Assembly: GCA_963619155.1 (NCBI GenBank)
Contig: CAVEVN010000013.1
Coordinates: forward strand, 5,263 to 69,262
Direction of reading: 5' to 3'
DNA length: 64,000 bases
Source of the DNA: a bacterium
GTDB taxonomy: Bacteria; Patescibacteriota; Saccharimonadia; Saccharimonadales; Saccharimonadaceae
Shown: one piece after another, positions 8,345 through 17,479 of the stretch
Position numbering within the stretch: the first letter of the stretch is position 1
Layout of the letters: every line of letters begins with the position of its first letter
Position numbers and translations under genes: made by a program
Notes under the pieces: generated by a model
Told to the model about the DNA's origin: nothing
The model's database searches: none
Seen by the model: the letters and a program-made list of their open reading frames with translations, nothing else

Positions 8345-11056
8345 ATGGCTAAGAAAAAATCCGAGGTGATTTTGCCGTCCAAGTCCAAAAAGACCAAGGC
8401 GCCAAAAGCCTCAAAAACTGCGAAAGCAAAAAAGAATCTCAATCTATATTCTAGTTTGGCATACAACTATCGTGCCAAAAAAGAGTCCAACGCTCGTAAG
8501 CGGGCAGAAGAATTAGCAAAATTACCCAAAGAGCCCGTCAAACGTTTCTTTGCTCGGCTACATCCAAAGCGGGTGTTTAAGTGGTGGTTTTCTTGGCGCG
8601 GTCAAAAAGCTATTCTCAAATTTTTCGCAGCCTGTTTCTTGATCGGTATTATTTTCATTGGTGGTTTGTTTTTATATTACAAAAAAGACCTTGACGAAAT
8701 CCGTCTCGACGAAATGTCAATTTCCGAAACCGTCAACACTTATCTTGACCGTAACGGCGAAGTGCTTTGGAAAGATACCGGCGACGAAGACTACCGCCTA
8801 GTGGTGGATGCCGACGAAATTCCGGAGATGATGTATAAAGCCACCATTGCGATCGAGGATAAGAATTTTTACAATCATATCGGTGTGGACTTCGTAGCAC
8901 TTATTCGGGCGGCGTTTTCGACCTTGTCGGGGCGGGGTGTGCAGGGTGGTTCGACTCTGACCCAACAGTTGATTAAACAAGTTTATTTCTCTGACGAAGC
9001 CGCCAGCGAAAACCGTGGTGGTCTAACTCGCAAGATTAAGGAATTAATTCTCGCGATCGAACTCGAAAAAATGTATTCCAAAGACCAAATTATCACCATG
9101 TACTTAAACCAATCGCCTTATGGCGGGCGGCGTAACGGCGTGGAATCGGCGGCGCAAACCTACTTCGGCAAACACGCCAAAGATTTAACCCTGGCCGAAT
9201 GCGCGCTTCTGGCCGCCATTCCAAACAATCCTGCCATTTTGAACCCCTATAACTCTTATGGCAACGATATGTTGATTGAACGCCAACACAAAGTTCTAGA
9301 CGACATGGTCTCAATGGGTTTTATCACCGAACAAGAAGCCACCGAAGCCAAAGAAGTGGCAATTCTGGATACCATTAAACCCGAATCTAGTCAATATGCC
9401 AACATGCTCGCGCCGCATTTCGTGCTCGAAGTCAAAAAACAGCTCGAGGAAAAATACGGAATTCAGACCATGCGCGCCGGTGGCTGGACCATTAAAACCA
9501 CTTTGGATTACCGTGCGCAGAAAATTGCCGAAGACGCAGTCGCGGTCGGCACCACGCATATGTATAAAAACAAGAGTGATAACTTAGCTCTGGTTTCGGT
9601 CGATGTCGAAACTTCGCAAGTCATCGCTATGGTGGGGTCGGCGGACTTTAACAACGCCACTTACGGCGAACTCAATGTTACGACCGATTCCTCGATCGAG
9701 CCTGGTTCCTCGATTAAGCCAATTTTGGATTACGCTCCGTTATTTATGCAACGCGAAGGCGTCAATTATGGCCCCGGCAGTATTCTAAAAGACGAAAATA
9801 TCGATAAGTTGTATTGTGCCGGCTACACAGGCTCTTGTTCGATGGCGAACGCTACGGGTCGGTTCTATGGCGATGTCACCATTCGGTTCTCGCTTGGTCA
9901 CTCGCTGAACATCGCCGCCGTCAAAGCCCTATATATTAACGGCATCGATAACTCGCTCGAAGTCGCGCATGCCCTCGGCGATCAAAGTTATTGTGCAGAC
10001 CGCTCCAACTATGGGCTCTCTATTGCCATTGGTTCGGGCTGTGGAGTTAAAATGGTAGAACACGCCAACGCCTATGCCTCGATTGCACGCGGCGGCTCGT
10101 ATAAAGATTTGGCTTACGTGCTAGAATTGAAAAACTCCGCAGGCGACGTGGTCGAAACTTGGACCGATTCGCCAGCTACTTCAGTAGTCGACGAACAAGT
10201 TGCCTACATGATTTCGAGCATTTTAAGCGACCGTTCGGCGCGGTGGTTCAACAACGAAGGTTTCGTGGTGCCGAATGTCTGGACTGCAACCAAAACCGGT
10301 ACTACCACTACCACTAACTCTGCCGTCACCAAGGATTCTTTGATCGAAAGTTATTCTACCGCCGTCTCGACCTTTGTCTGGAACGGTAATCACGACGGCG
10401 CGGGCCTCTCCTCTAATACTAACGATGTCGTGCGCTATACGGTCGGGACTTATATGGAACGCGTCCACAAAGAAGTTTACGAACCGGATGGTCGGTGGAG
10501 CTATGGCGATGAACCAACTCGCCCGTCGGGCATCCAAACTCTGACCGTGAACGGCAAAACCGACATTTGGCCCAGCTGGTACAATTCCAAAACTTCGGGC
10601 GTTTCCAAAGAAAAACTGGTCTTTAACCGCTATAACCACTTGCTAGCAGCCGCCTGCACCCCGGAAGAATATAAAATCGAGGTCGAAGTCACCAAAACTA
10701 TTGATCCGCTCACCGGCAATGCAGTCTATAGTGTGCCTGAGCCATACAACCGCGACCAAAACGACACCTGCGACTTTGAACCGCCTCGCGTTTCCCTCTC
10801 GACCGGCGACTGTAAGCTTAGCGCCAAAATCGCCAAAGGCACCTACGACTTAGCCAGCGCTACGCTCTATATCAACGGTGTCGAAAAAGGCGGAGTCTCG
10901 CTCTCTGGCGGCGCGATTTACACGCTGACCGGCACCGAAACTTCGGCTCGGCTGGTGGTGGCTGACTCTTCTGGCTACTCCGCGACCGGCGAAATCACTA
11001 TTTCCGGTATCAATGCCTGTAAAAAAGACACCGATAAAGAAACCGAAACGGAATAA
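8345..11056 (+). CDS. Class A penicillin-binding protein (glycosyltransferase GT51 plus transpeptidase) with a long C-terminal extension
   Basis: 903 aa. It has an N-terminal TM helix, the GT51 motifs IAIEDKNFYNHIGVD and GGSTLTQQ, and the transpeptidase motifs SSIKP (SxxK) and KTGTT. About 250 extra residues follow at the C-terminus. Confidence 0.92.
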   Translation: MAKKKSEVILPSKSKKTKAPKASKTAKAKKNLNLYSSLAYNYRAKKESNARKRAEELAKLPKEPVKRFFARLHPKRVFKWWFSWRGQKAILKFFAACFLIGIIFIGGLFLYYKKDLDEIRLDEMSISETVNTYLDRNGEVLWKDTGDEDYRLVVDADEIPEMMYKATIAIEDKNFYNHIGVDFVALIRAAFSTLSGRGVQGGSTLTQQLIKQVYFSDEAASENRGGLTRKIKELILAIELEKMYSKDQIITMYLNQSPYGGRRNGVESAAQTYFGKHAKDLTLAECALLAAIPNNPAILNPYNSYGNDMLIERQHKVLDDMVSMGFITEQEATEAKEVAILDTIKPESSQYANMLAPHFVLEVKKQLEEKYGIQTMRAGGWTIKTTLDYRAQKIAEDAVAVGTTHMYKNKSDNLALVSVDVETSQVIAMVGSADFNNATYGELNVTTDSSIEPGSSIKPILDYAPLFMQREGVNYGPGSILKDENIDKLYCAGYTGSCSMANATGRFYGDVTIRFSLGHSLNIAAVKALYINGIDNSLEVAHALGDQSYCADRSNYGLSIAIGSGCGVKMVEHANAYASIARGGSYKDLAYVLELKNSAGDVVETWTDSPATSVVDEQVAYMISSILSDRSARWFNNEGFVVPNVWTATKTGTTTTTNSAVTKDSLIESYSTAVSTFVWNGNHDGAGLSSNTNDVVRYTVGTYMERVHKEVYEPDGRWSYGDEPTRPSGIQTLTVNGKTDIWPSWYNSKTSGVSKEKLVFNRYNHLLAAACTPEEYKIEVEVTKTIDPLTGNAVYSVPEPYNRDQNDTCDFEPPRVSLSTGDCKLSAKIAKGTYDLASATLYINGVEKGGVSLSGGAIYTLTGTETSARLVVADSSGYSATGEITISGINACKKDTDKETETE

Positions 11057-11071
11057 CTCCAAAAAATAAAC

Positions 11072-11131
11072 CAGTTTTACCTTCTACTCTAGGGCGTTAT
11101 TGATACCCTAACGGAAGGTAAAACTGTTTTT
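11072..11131. terminator. Bidirectional intrinsic terminator between the convergent PBP and PIN-TRAM genes
   Basis: 13-bp perfect stem CAGTTTTACCTTC/GAAGGTAAAACTG. It is flanked by AAAAAATAAA upstream and TTTTT downstream. Confidence 0.8.
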
Positions 11132-11180
11132 AATCTATCAAACTATTTCCGTCACATCGAATTGTTTTAAGCATGCTGGA

Positions 11181-11873
11181 TCACTTCCGGCGCTTCGCAA
11201 TTTTAGCAAAAATAATTCGCCCAGAGGAAGATTCGTGGAAACGTTCAAATTCAATATTGAGGGTCTGCCCAATTTTATTGGCTGCGCGGTCGACCACAAC
11301 CATCGTACCATTAGCCAGATGTCCGACACCCTGGCCCTTGTTGGAACCCTTTTCGGTAATTTTAATTTCCATTTGCTCGCCCGGTAAAAATTCGGTCCGT
11401 ACTGCGAGCGCTAGGTCGTTGATATTTAAAGTTTCGATTTTCTCCGCCTCAGCCACTTTGATCAGATTATAATCAATCGTCAAAATCGCCCCGCGGTTTT
11501 CTTTGGCGAACTTCAACAGTTCTTCATCTACTTTTTTGCGCCCTTCCCCGTCGTCAAAAATCTCGGTATTTACGTTGATGACGCGCTCGAGTTCCGAGAC
11601 CGCCTCAATCCCCGCTCGCGCTCGCAGACGTTTTTCCGAATCTTTGCCGTCCGCTAGCAATTGTAATTCCCTTAGAACGCTTTTGAGCACAATGATATCA
11701 CCGTCCAAAAACCCCGATCGTGCAACATTCAAAATCCGCCCGTCAATCAGCGCCGAAGTGTCGATATAAATTTTGCGTTTGCCGGTATTGCGCAAGGGTT
11801 TAAGCCGTTTAATCGTCAAAAAACTGGTTTCCGCCAGAATCAGCAAGGTAATAATCAAAATGAATAGTTCCAT
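11181..11873 (-). CDS. PIN plus TRAM domain protein (YacL-like), membrane anchored
   Basis: 230 aa with an N-terminal TM helix. A PIN-like segment (KIYIDTSALIDGRI...LRELQLLAD) is followed by a C-terminal TRAM-like beta domain (GEQMEIKITEKGSNKGQGVGHL..GTMVVV). Confidence 0.75.
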   Translation of the reverse strand: MELFILIITLLILAETSFLTIKRLKPLRNTGKRKIYIDTSALIDGRILNVARSGFLDGDIIVLKSVLRELQLLADGKDSEKRLRARAGIEAVSELERVINVNTEIFDDGEGRKKVDEELLKFAKENRGAILTIDYNLIKVAEAEKIETLNINDLALAVRTEFLPGEQMEIKITEKGSNKGQGVGHLANGTMVVVDRAANKIGQTLNIEFERFHESSSGRIIFAKIAKRRK

Positions 11874-11898
11874 AGTATGTTATTTTAACATAAATAAG

Positions 11899-13071
11899 TT
11901 ATTTTATCAAGTCTTCGCCGTATTTTATGGCGTGCCAGTGATTTTGCGCCAAAATCGCGGTATATTTACTTACTAAATCGTCGCGCTGGACCACTTTTGC
12001 GATATCGATAGTCAGGTCATAGCGCGAAGCGGCATTTTTACGCAGCATTTCAAACGGTGTCGTGGTCGAGCCCTCCTCATTAAATCCATGCACCCTGAGA
12101 CGCCGTTTTTCGGTATAATTCTCCAAAATATTCTCCAAAGTCTCGGGGTAGCCGTGAAAATTGGCCAGAATCGGCCTATTCGCCGTAAATAATTCCGTGA
12201 ATTTCTCGCGCGTGAGTTTGTTGTTGGTCGTGCCGATTGCGCGGTAAGACAAGGCGTTTATTCCGACAAAACGTAACCTAAGTTCCGGTAAATCTTGTCT
12301 TAAAATCTTAATTGCCTCTAATGTTTCGTGGGTTGCGATATCGCCGGCGGCGGTAAATACGAAGTCCGGCTCCGGATCAGAGGTAAACTCGTAAATCGAG
12401 GCTCCGCCGTTATCGAATTGGAACTTGGCGTGATGTGAGTCGATATAGCGCGGTTCTTCGTTTTTGTTGAATGTTGTTAAATTTACAACATTTCGAGAAC
12501 CCAACATAAAACGGAAGGCTTCCTCGACCGCCACGTCATCAACCGGGAAAAGACAGTTGGCGAGATTAGACGGCACCGATAATAATGTCGAGATTAACGC
12601 CGGCGATTGATGCGTAAAACCATTATGGTCCTGCCGCCAGCAAGTCGAAGTGGACAACAAATTCACCGCCGGCAAGGGTTTGCGCCATTTCACCGTTTTG
12701 GATTGTTTGATAAATTTCATTTGCTGTAAAAGTTGTGCCGCAATAATCGGGAAAAAGGCCTCATAACTCCCCATCATCGCTTGTTCCCCGTTTGCGAGAT
12801 GCCCGGTCATTGCTGAAAACAGCACATTTTCCGACAACATTTCAATAATCCGCCCATTCGGCGCTTCCGGCAAGTCCCATTTTTCGCGTTTTAAATCGCC
12901 CCACGCCCGTTTTTCAACCGTAAAAATCTCGTCAAAGCGGTTTGAGGTAGTTTCGTCCGGCGAGAAAAAGTAAAAATGCGGGTCTTTTTTGAAGTGTTCG
13001 GTCAAAAGTTCGCCGATTTTCTTGGCTGGCGAAAATTTTTCCGCTCCCGGATTTTCTATATGCTCAATCAT
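11899..13071 (-). CDS. xfp: Phosphoketolase, C-terminal two-thirds (split gene, part 2)
   Basis: 390 aa. The motifs FFSPDETTSNRF, WRQDHNGFTHQSP and the C-terminal ...RVHGFNEEGSTTTPFEM match the middle and C-terminal domains of XFP phosphoketolases. The ORF has its own SD (GGGGAGG) 6 nt before the ATG. Confidence 0.85.
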   Translation of the reverse strand: MIEHIENPGAEKFSPAKKIGELLTEHFKKDPHFYFFSPDETTSNRFDEIFTVEKRAWGDLKREKWDLPEAPNGRIIEMLSENVLFSAMTGHLANGEQAMMGSYEAFFPIIAAQLLQQMKFIKQSKTVKWRKPLPAVNLLSTSTCWRQDHNGFTHQSPALISTLLSVPSNLANCLFPVDDVAVEEAFRFMLGSRNVVNLTTFNKNEEPRYIDSHHAKFQFDNGGASIYEFTSDPEPDFVFTAAGDIATHETLEAIKILRQDLPELRLRFVGINALSYRAIGTTNNKLTREKFTELFTANRPILANFHGYPETLENILENYTEKRRLRVHGFNEEGSTTTPFEMLRKNAASRYDLTIDIAKVVQRDDLVSKYTAILAQNHWHAIKYGEDLIK

Positions 13072-13177
13072 ATTGAACCTCCCCTTTCTTGACCATTTAC
13101 GCCTTTAATCATACCAAGCCTTTTTCTACTATTCATATCTTCACCCATACCGCCCCCTCGACTATTCATACCCTTAG

Positions 13178-14179
13178 TCATACCAAAATCCCCTCCTCCC
13201 GGTCGAATAATTCTTCAAAATGATAGGATTTTAGCCATTTTTCGAGTTCTCTAAGTTCTTTTTCGTCGGTTTTCGGGTTTTTGAGCGGAATTTGGTGTGC
13301 TTCGTGATGACGATTTGGTCCGCCATAGCCCTTTTCGGTTTTCAAAATATAGAATGGTGCCGACATTGCTCCGCGCGACGTAGTTTTATTGCGGGCATCC
13401 ACTAAATCAGTATTAGTTGCACGTGGACTGCTAGTCTCATTCAAAATGTTCTGAAATTCCTCCGTCTTTTCTCCATCAATGGCTAGAGGCGTAAACCCAA
13501 ATCCACGTATCAGCTCGTTTAATTCCCGTTCTGATTTGCGGGCATAAATTGACGGCGCCGAAATTTTATAACCGTTGAGATGCAGAATCGGCAAAACCGT
13601 GCCGTTATTCGGGCTACTTAGTAAATCGCGCAAATTGAGAGACGCCAGAGCCGTTGCCGTTTCAAGTTCGCCGTCGCCGATTAAAACCGCGATAGTTTTC
13701 TCCGGATGCCCAAGCGCCATACCGTAAGCATTTGCCAGCGCATAGCCCAGTTCCCCACCTTCGGTAATCACCCCTGGCGTCAGCGGGCTGGCGTGGCTCG
13801 GAAAACCGTCCGGCCAAGAGAATTGTCGGCAAAGATATTCTAGACCTTTTGCGTCTCGGCTGGCCTGCACGTCAATTTTCTCGAGTTCTCCGTCCAGCCA
13901 TAAATTCGCCTGGAGCGCTGGGAACCCATGTCCCGGCCCAAGGATAAACGCAAAATTCGCATCTCCTGCAAAATGATTTTTCAAATTCGCATAAGCGACG
14001 TTAATCCCGTGGCAAGTCCCCCAATGCCCCAAAAGTCGCGGCTTAATATCATCAAAGCTCAACTCCCGCTCGAGCAAAAAGTTATTCTGTAAAAATAACT
14101 GCGCTACGCACAAGTAATCACAAAACCGCACCCGCTTTTGAATCTGCTCAACTGATTTAAAGTCAACTTGCCCACTCAT
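13178..14179 (-). CDS. xfp: Phosphoketolase, N-terminal TPP-binding part (split gene, part 1)
   Basis: 333 aa. The motifs RLLGHWGTCHG, GPGHGFPA, EGGELGYAL, GDGELETA and ILHLNGYKI are the XFP N-terminal domain signature. The ORF ends in TGA 105 nt before part 2. Confidence 0.85.
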   Translation of the reverse strand: MSGQVDFKSVEQIQKRVRFCDYLCVAQLFLQNNFLLERELSFDDIKPRLLGHWGTCHGINVAYANLKNHFAGDANFAFILGPGHGFPALQANLWLDGELEKIDVQASRDAKGLEYLCRQFSWPDGFPSHASPLTPGVITEGGELGYALANAYGMALGHPEKTIAVLIGDGELETATALASLNLRDLLSSPNNGTVLPILHLNGYKISAPSIYARKSERELNELIRGFGFTPLAIDGEKTEEFQNILNETSSPRATNTDLVDARNKTTSRGAMSAPFYILKTEKGYGGPNRHHEAHQIPLKNPKTDEKELRELEKWLKSYHFEELFDREEGILV

Positions 14180-14398
14180 CCTATCCCCATTATACCATAA
14201 ACTTTTTCTCTCAGAGTGATTTTCTGGAATGCCACCACAACTTGACTGCTTTTTCGGCTCAACTAAAAACAGGACCCATTAAAGCCTAGCGATATCCATT
14301 ATGCACTACATTTTATTTTAGAATTTAAAACATTTTCTTTGAATAAAGATTGGATTCGTGATAAAATATAATTGTCTTACGTATAAATTCAAGCAATA

Positions 14399-14516
14399 AA
14401 GCAGCGGTTTTTGCACGATGAATGTAAACGGCATCGTGTGGAAACGGTAGTAGGCATCATCGTGCCCGCTGCTTGAAAACGACGTAAGACATCGTGGACG
14501 CACGGTGTCGTTTTTT
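14399..14516 (+). promoter_or_regulatory. Structured repeat region with terminator-like hairpin upstream of the R-M operon
   Basis: An outer 9-bp stem (AAGCAGCGG 14399-14407 / CCGCTGCTT 14466-14474) encloses CACGATG and CATCGTG copies. It is followed by the hairpin GACATCGTG-GACG-CACGGTGTC and then GTTTTTT (14488-14516). Confidence 0.55.
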
Positions 14517-14549
14517 ATTAATAAAGACATCGTGGTCAGAAAGAATACG

Positions 14550-15398
14550 ATGTCTGAACCAAATTATATCAATCAAGTTTTTTTCAAAGACTCTCGCAGG
14601 ATGCGAGAGCTGCCGGATTGTTCCGTGCAGCTTATTATTACAAGTCCTCCGTATTTCAATATAAAGGATTATTCTAAAGATGGCTATCAGCAAAATAGTA
14701 TTGGAACCAAACTAAAAGGCCAAATCGGTGACATTCCGGAATACGATGATTACATAAAGGAAATGCTGAAGGTCTGGAAAGAGTGTGAGCGTGTTCTTAA
14801 GCCTAATGGCAAATTAATAATTAATACTCCGTTAATGCCAATGTTAAAGCGCGATTTAAACACGCATTACAATAGGCATATATTTAATATCGATAGCGAT
14901 ATACAGCATTCTATTCGAACAAAAACTAACCTTTTTTTACTAGATGTCTATATATGGAATAGGACCAACCCTAGTAAAAAATTAATGTTCGGCAGTTATC
15001 CATATCCTAGAAATTTTTATGCACAAAACACGACCGAATTTATAACCGTTTACGTTAAAGACGGCGTCCCTGAACGTCCTTCAAAAGAAAACCGAGAATC
15101 CAGTAAACTATCACAGAAAGAATGGATACAATTAACAAAGCAAATTTGGAACATACCCATACCGGGCAAGGGCGATCTCGCTTTTGGCAGGCATTCGGCA
15201 ATAATGCCAGAAGAAATAGCGCGTCGAGCTGTTAAATTATATAGCGTTGTTGGGGATTTAGTTTTGGATCCATTCACTGGAAGTGGAACCACATTAAGAG
15301 CTGCAAAAGCACTTAATAGAAACTATGTCGGCTATGAAATTTCAACATCTTATAAGGGAATAATTGAACAAAAACTTAGGGGTCAAAATGAAAATTAA
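14550..15398 (+). CDS. DNA amino-methyltransferase 1 (beta class, SPPY motif; N4-C or N6-A)
   Basis: I prefer the ATG at 14550 (MSEPNYINQVFFKDS...) over the GTG at 14505 listed in the track. Motif IV (LIITSPPYF) precedes motif I (LDPFTGSGTT), which is the beta-class order. Confidence 0.88.
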   Translation: MSEPNYINQVFFKDSRRMRELPDCSVQLIITSPPYFNIKDYSKDGYQQNSIGTKLKGQIGDIPEYDDYIKEMLKVWKECERVLKPNGKLIINTPLMPMLKRDLNTHYNRHIFNIDSDIQHSIRTKTNLFLLDVYIWNRTNPSKKLMFGSYPYPRNFYAQNTTEFITVYVKDGVPERPSKENRESSKLSQKEWIQLTKQIWNIPIPGKGDLAFGRHSAIMPEEIARRAVKLYSVVGDLVLDPFTGSGTTLRAAKALNRNYVGYEISTSYKGIIEQKLRGQNEN

Positions 15399-16161
15399 TT
15401 CTATATATAATGAGGATGTTTTTTCTTTTTTAGAAAATGTCGACATAGATAGCATTGACCTGGCGGTAATTGACCCTCCTTACAATATGAATAAGGCTGA
15501 CTGGGATACATTTAACTCCCAACGGGACTTTTTAGATTTTACATACAGGTGGATTGATAAACTTGTACCTCTGCTTAAAAATACCGGCAGTTTATATATC
15601 TTTAATACTCCGTTTAATTCTGCATACATATTACAATATCTTGTTAATAAGGGGCTAATATTCCAAAACTGGATCACTTGGGATAAGCGCGATGGTTTGA
15701 ATGCGTCAAAAGTCCGTTATACGCATGGACAAGAAACAATTTTATTTTTTACTAAATCCACAAAACATACTTTTAATTCTGACGCTATTCGGATTCCCTA
15801 TGAATCAACCAAACGCATAGAATCTGCTAAAGCTAAAGGATTACTAAAAAATGGTAAAAGATGGTTCCCGAACCCAAATGGTAGATTATGTGGAGAAGTC
15901 TGGCATATAGCTAGCGAGCGACATAAAAGAAAAATAGGGGGACGAGTTCAAAAATTAGGACACGTCACACCTAAGCCAAAGGAAATGATAGAGAGAATTA
16001 TCCTTGCTAGTTCTAATGAAGGAGATCTTGTTTTGGACTGTTTCGTTGGGAGTGGCACGACAGCATATTGTGCAAAGAAGTTGAAGCGCAATTATATCTG
16101 CGCTGATAGTAATGAGGAATATGTAAAAATGGCAAGAGATGCCGTAGAGGAGATACAATGA
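15388..16161 (+). CDS. DNA amino-methyltransferase 2 (beta class, DPPY motif; probably N6-adenine)
   Basis: I prefer the ATG at 15388 (MKINSIYNEDVFSFL), which has GGGG upstream and overlaps the M1 stop by 11 nt. Motif IV is VIDPPYN and motif I is LDCFVGSGTT. Confidence 0.88.
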   Translation: MKINSIYNEDVFSFLENVDIDSIDLAVIDPPYNMNKADWDTFNSQRDFLDFTYRWIDKLVPLLKNTGSLYIFNTPFNSAYILQYLVNKGLIFQNWITWDKRDGLNASKVRYTHGQETILFFTKSTKHTFNSDAIRIPYESTKRIESAKAKGLLKNGKRWFPNPNGRLCGEVWHIASERHKRKIGGRVQKLGHVTPKPKEMIERIILASSNEGDLVLDCFVGSGTTAYCAKKLKRNYICADSNEEYVKMARDAVEEIQ

Positions 16162-17402
16162 ATATAATTATCAGTAATATTCAACCAGGTAATAAAGCGC
16201 TCGAGTATATCGAGCGTCGTATTCGAGACGATAACTATCGTGGAGCCGAATCGTCTGAGCATAATAGATATGATATGCAAGAAATATTTACTATTTTACA
16301 GATTTTAAATAAATATGCGCCAAATAAACAGTTGATGCGGATTCGTGATACCGATTTGTCGAAAAGACCCCAAAATACATCAGACGAGATGCATTACGCG
16401 CATTTTTGCGGTGAAGTGAAAGAAAAAGTTGGCAAAGGAACCCAAGACTCTATAAGAAAGAATATATTTGTGGACATGCACAGGATGGGACTGATTGAAC
16501 GCTATGATGATTCTCGCGATAAGACAAGCCCGTATGGAGGTGGCGCAGTGAAATATGTTTCGTTGTCTAACGATGGGGTCGAATTTGTCTCGTCAAACTT
16601 ATTAAATAGAGCCTTCTTATTTACGAAAGCGTTAGATAAGCTATTGGGCGGATATATTGAAATCTCATTAGAAATTTTAAAAGACCCAGACTATGATATA
16701 GAAAAAATTACCAAATGGGATTTTATGTTCTTTGTTTCTGCAATAGACGTGACATATAGTTTTAGATTATCTACAGCTCAATGCGCTGAATTAATCAAAG
16801 AATTTCATAGACTATCACCTATTCAGCAGCGTGCAGTCGTCGAAAGTCTTAAAAAAGCTCTGAAACCCAAAAACTTCTTCGGCGATAAGACAGCAAAAAG
16901 AGATTGGCACAATTGGCAGAATAAAATCGATCAAGTATTTCATTTATTCAAACAAACTCCATATTTTGATGTGTCCGGAAAAGAAAACGAAATATTAACA
17001 CTATCAACTCAAAAAATTATAACGAAAGATGGGACTAAAGTTGATATAAAGAAAAGATCCATCGGTGAAAAATACGCCTACTTCAGCAACCATCATGTGC
17101 AAAAAACCGATGGCTATGAGTTACATCATGTTGTGCCTCTCTCTTGGTCAGAAAGCCCTGAACAATTCAAATTATTTGATAGATGGCAAAATATGGTTTA
17201 TATAGATGCTTATAGCCATGCAAAAATTACGCAAAATCGTAACCGTAATATTTATATGTCTTTAACATCGAATAATGACTTAATATTATCCGACAAACAA
17301 AATAACCAAGTTTATCTTACAAAAGACAGATGCGTCCTTTATGATGAAAAGAACAAAGTCGTTATGTTAGATTATAATAAACAATTGCTTACAACGGTTT
17401 GA
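16158..17402 (+). CDS. Putative restriction endonuclease with C-terminal HNH motif
   Basis: 414 aa. It has an ATGA start/stop overlap with MTase 2. The C-terminus GYELHHVVPLSWSESPEQFKLFDRWQNMVYIDAYSHAKI fits the H-N-H pattern. I recognise nothing in the N-terminal 300 aa. Confidence 0.7.
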   Translation: MNIIISNIQPGNKALEYIERRIRDDNYRGAESSEHNRYDMQEIFTILQILNKYAPNKQLMRIRDTDLSKRPQNTSDEMHYAHFCGEVKEKVGKGTQDSIRKNIFVDMHRMGLIERYDDSRDKTSPYGGGAVKYVSLSNDGVEFVSSNLLNRAFLFTKALDKLLGGYIEISLEILKDPDYDIEKITKWDFMFFVSAIDVTYSFRLSTAQCAELIKEFHRLSPIQQRAVVESLKKALKPKNFFGDKTAKRDWHNWQNKIDQVFHLFKQTPYFDVSGKENEILTLSTQKIITKDGTKVDIKKRSIGEKYAYFSNHHVQKTDGYELHHVVPLSWSESPEQFKLFDRWQNMVYIDAYSHAKITQNRNRNIYMSLTSNNDLILSDKQNNQVYLTKDRCVLYDEKNKVVMLDYNKQLLTTV

Positions 17403-17479
17403 TGTATTGTCCTGGAAAACGACTGTTTTTTGTGCCACGTTGTTATTTAGAAAACAAAACTAGCTCATCCCACAAACGC

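Noticed and set aside
14476-17422. A 9-bp direct repeat GAAAACGAC at both ends of the R-M block (14476-14484 and 17414-17422), considered as a possible target-site duplication.
   Set aside because: It is short and AT-biased, and there are no recombinase genes or terminal inverted repeats. The left copy is part of the hairpin/terminator structure. Chance occurrence cannot be excluded.
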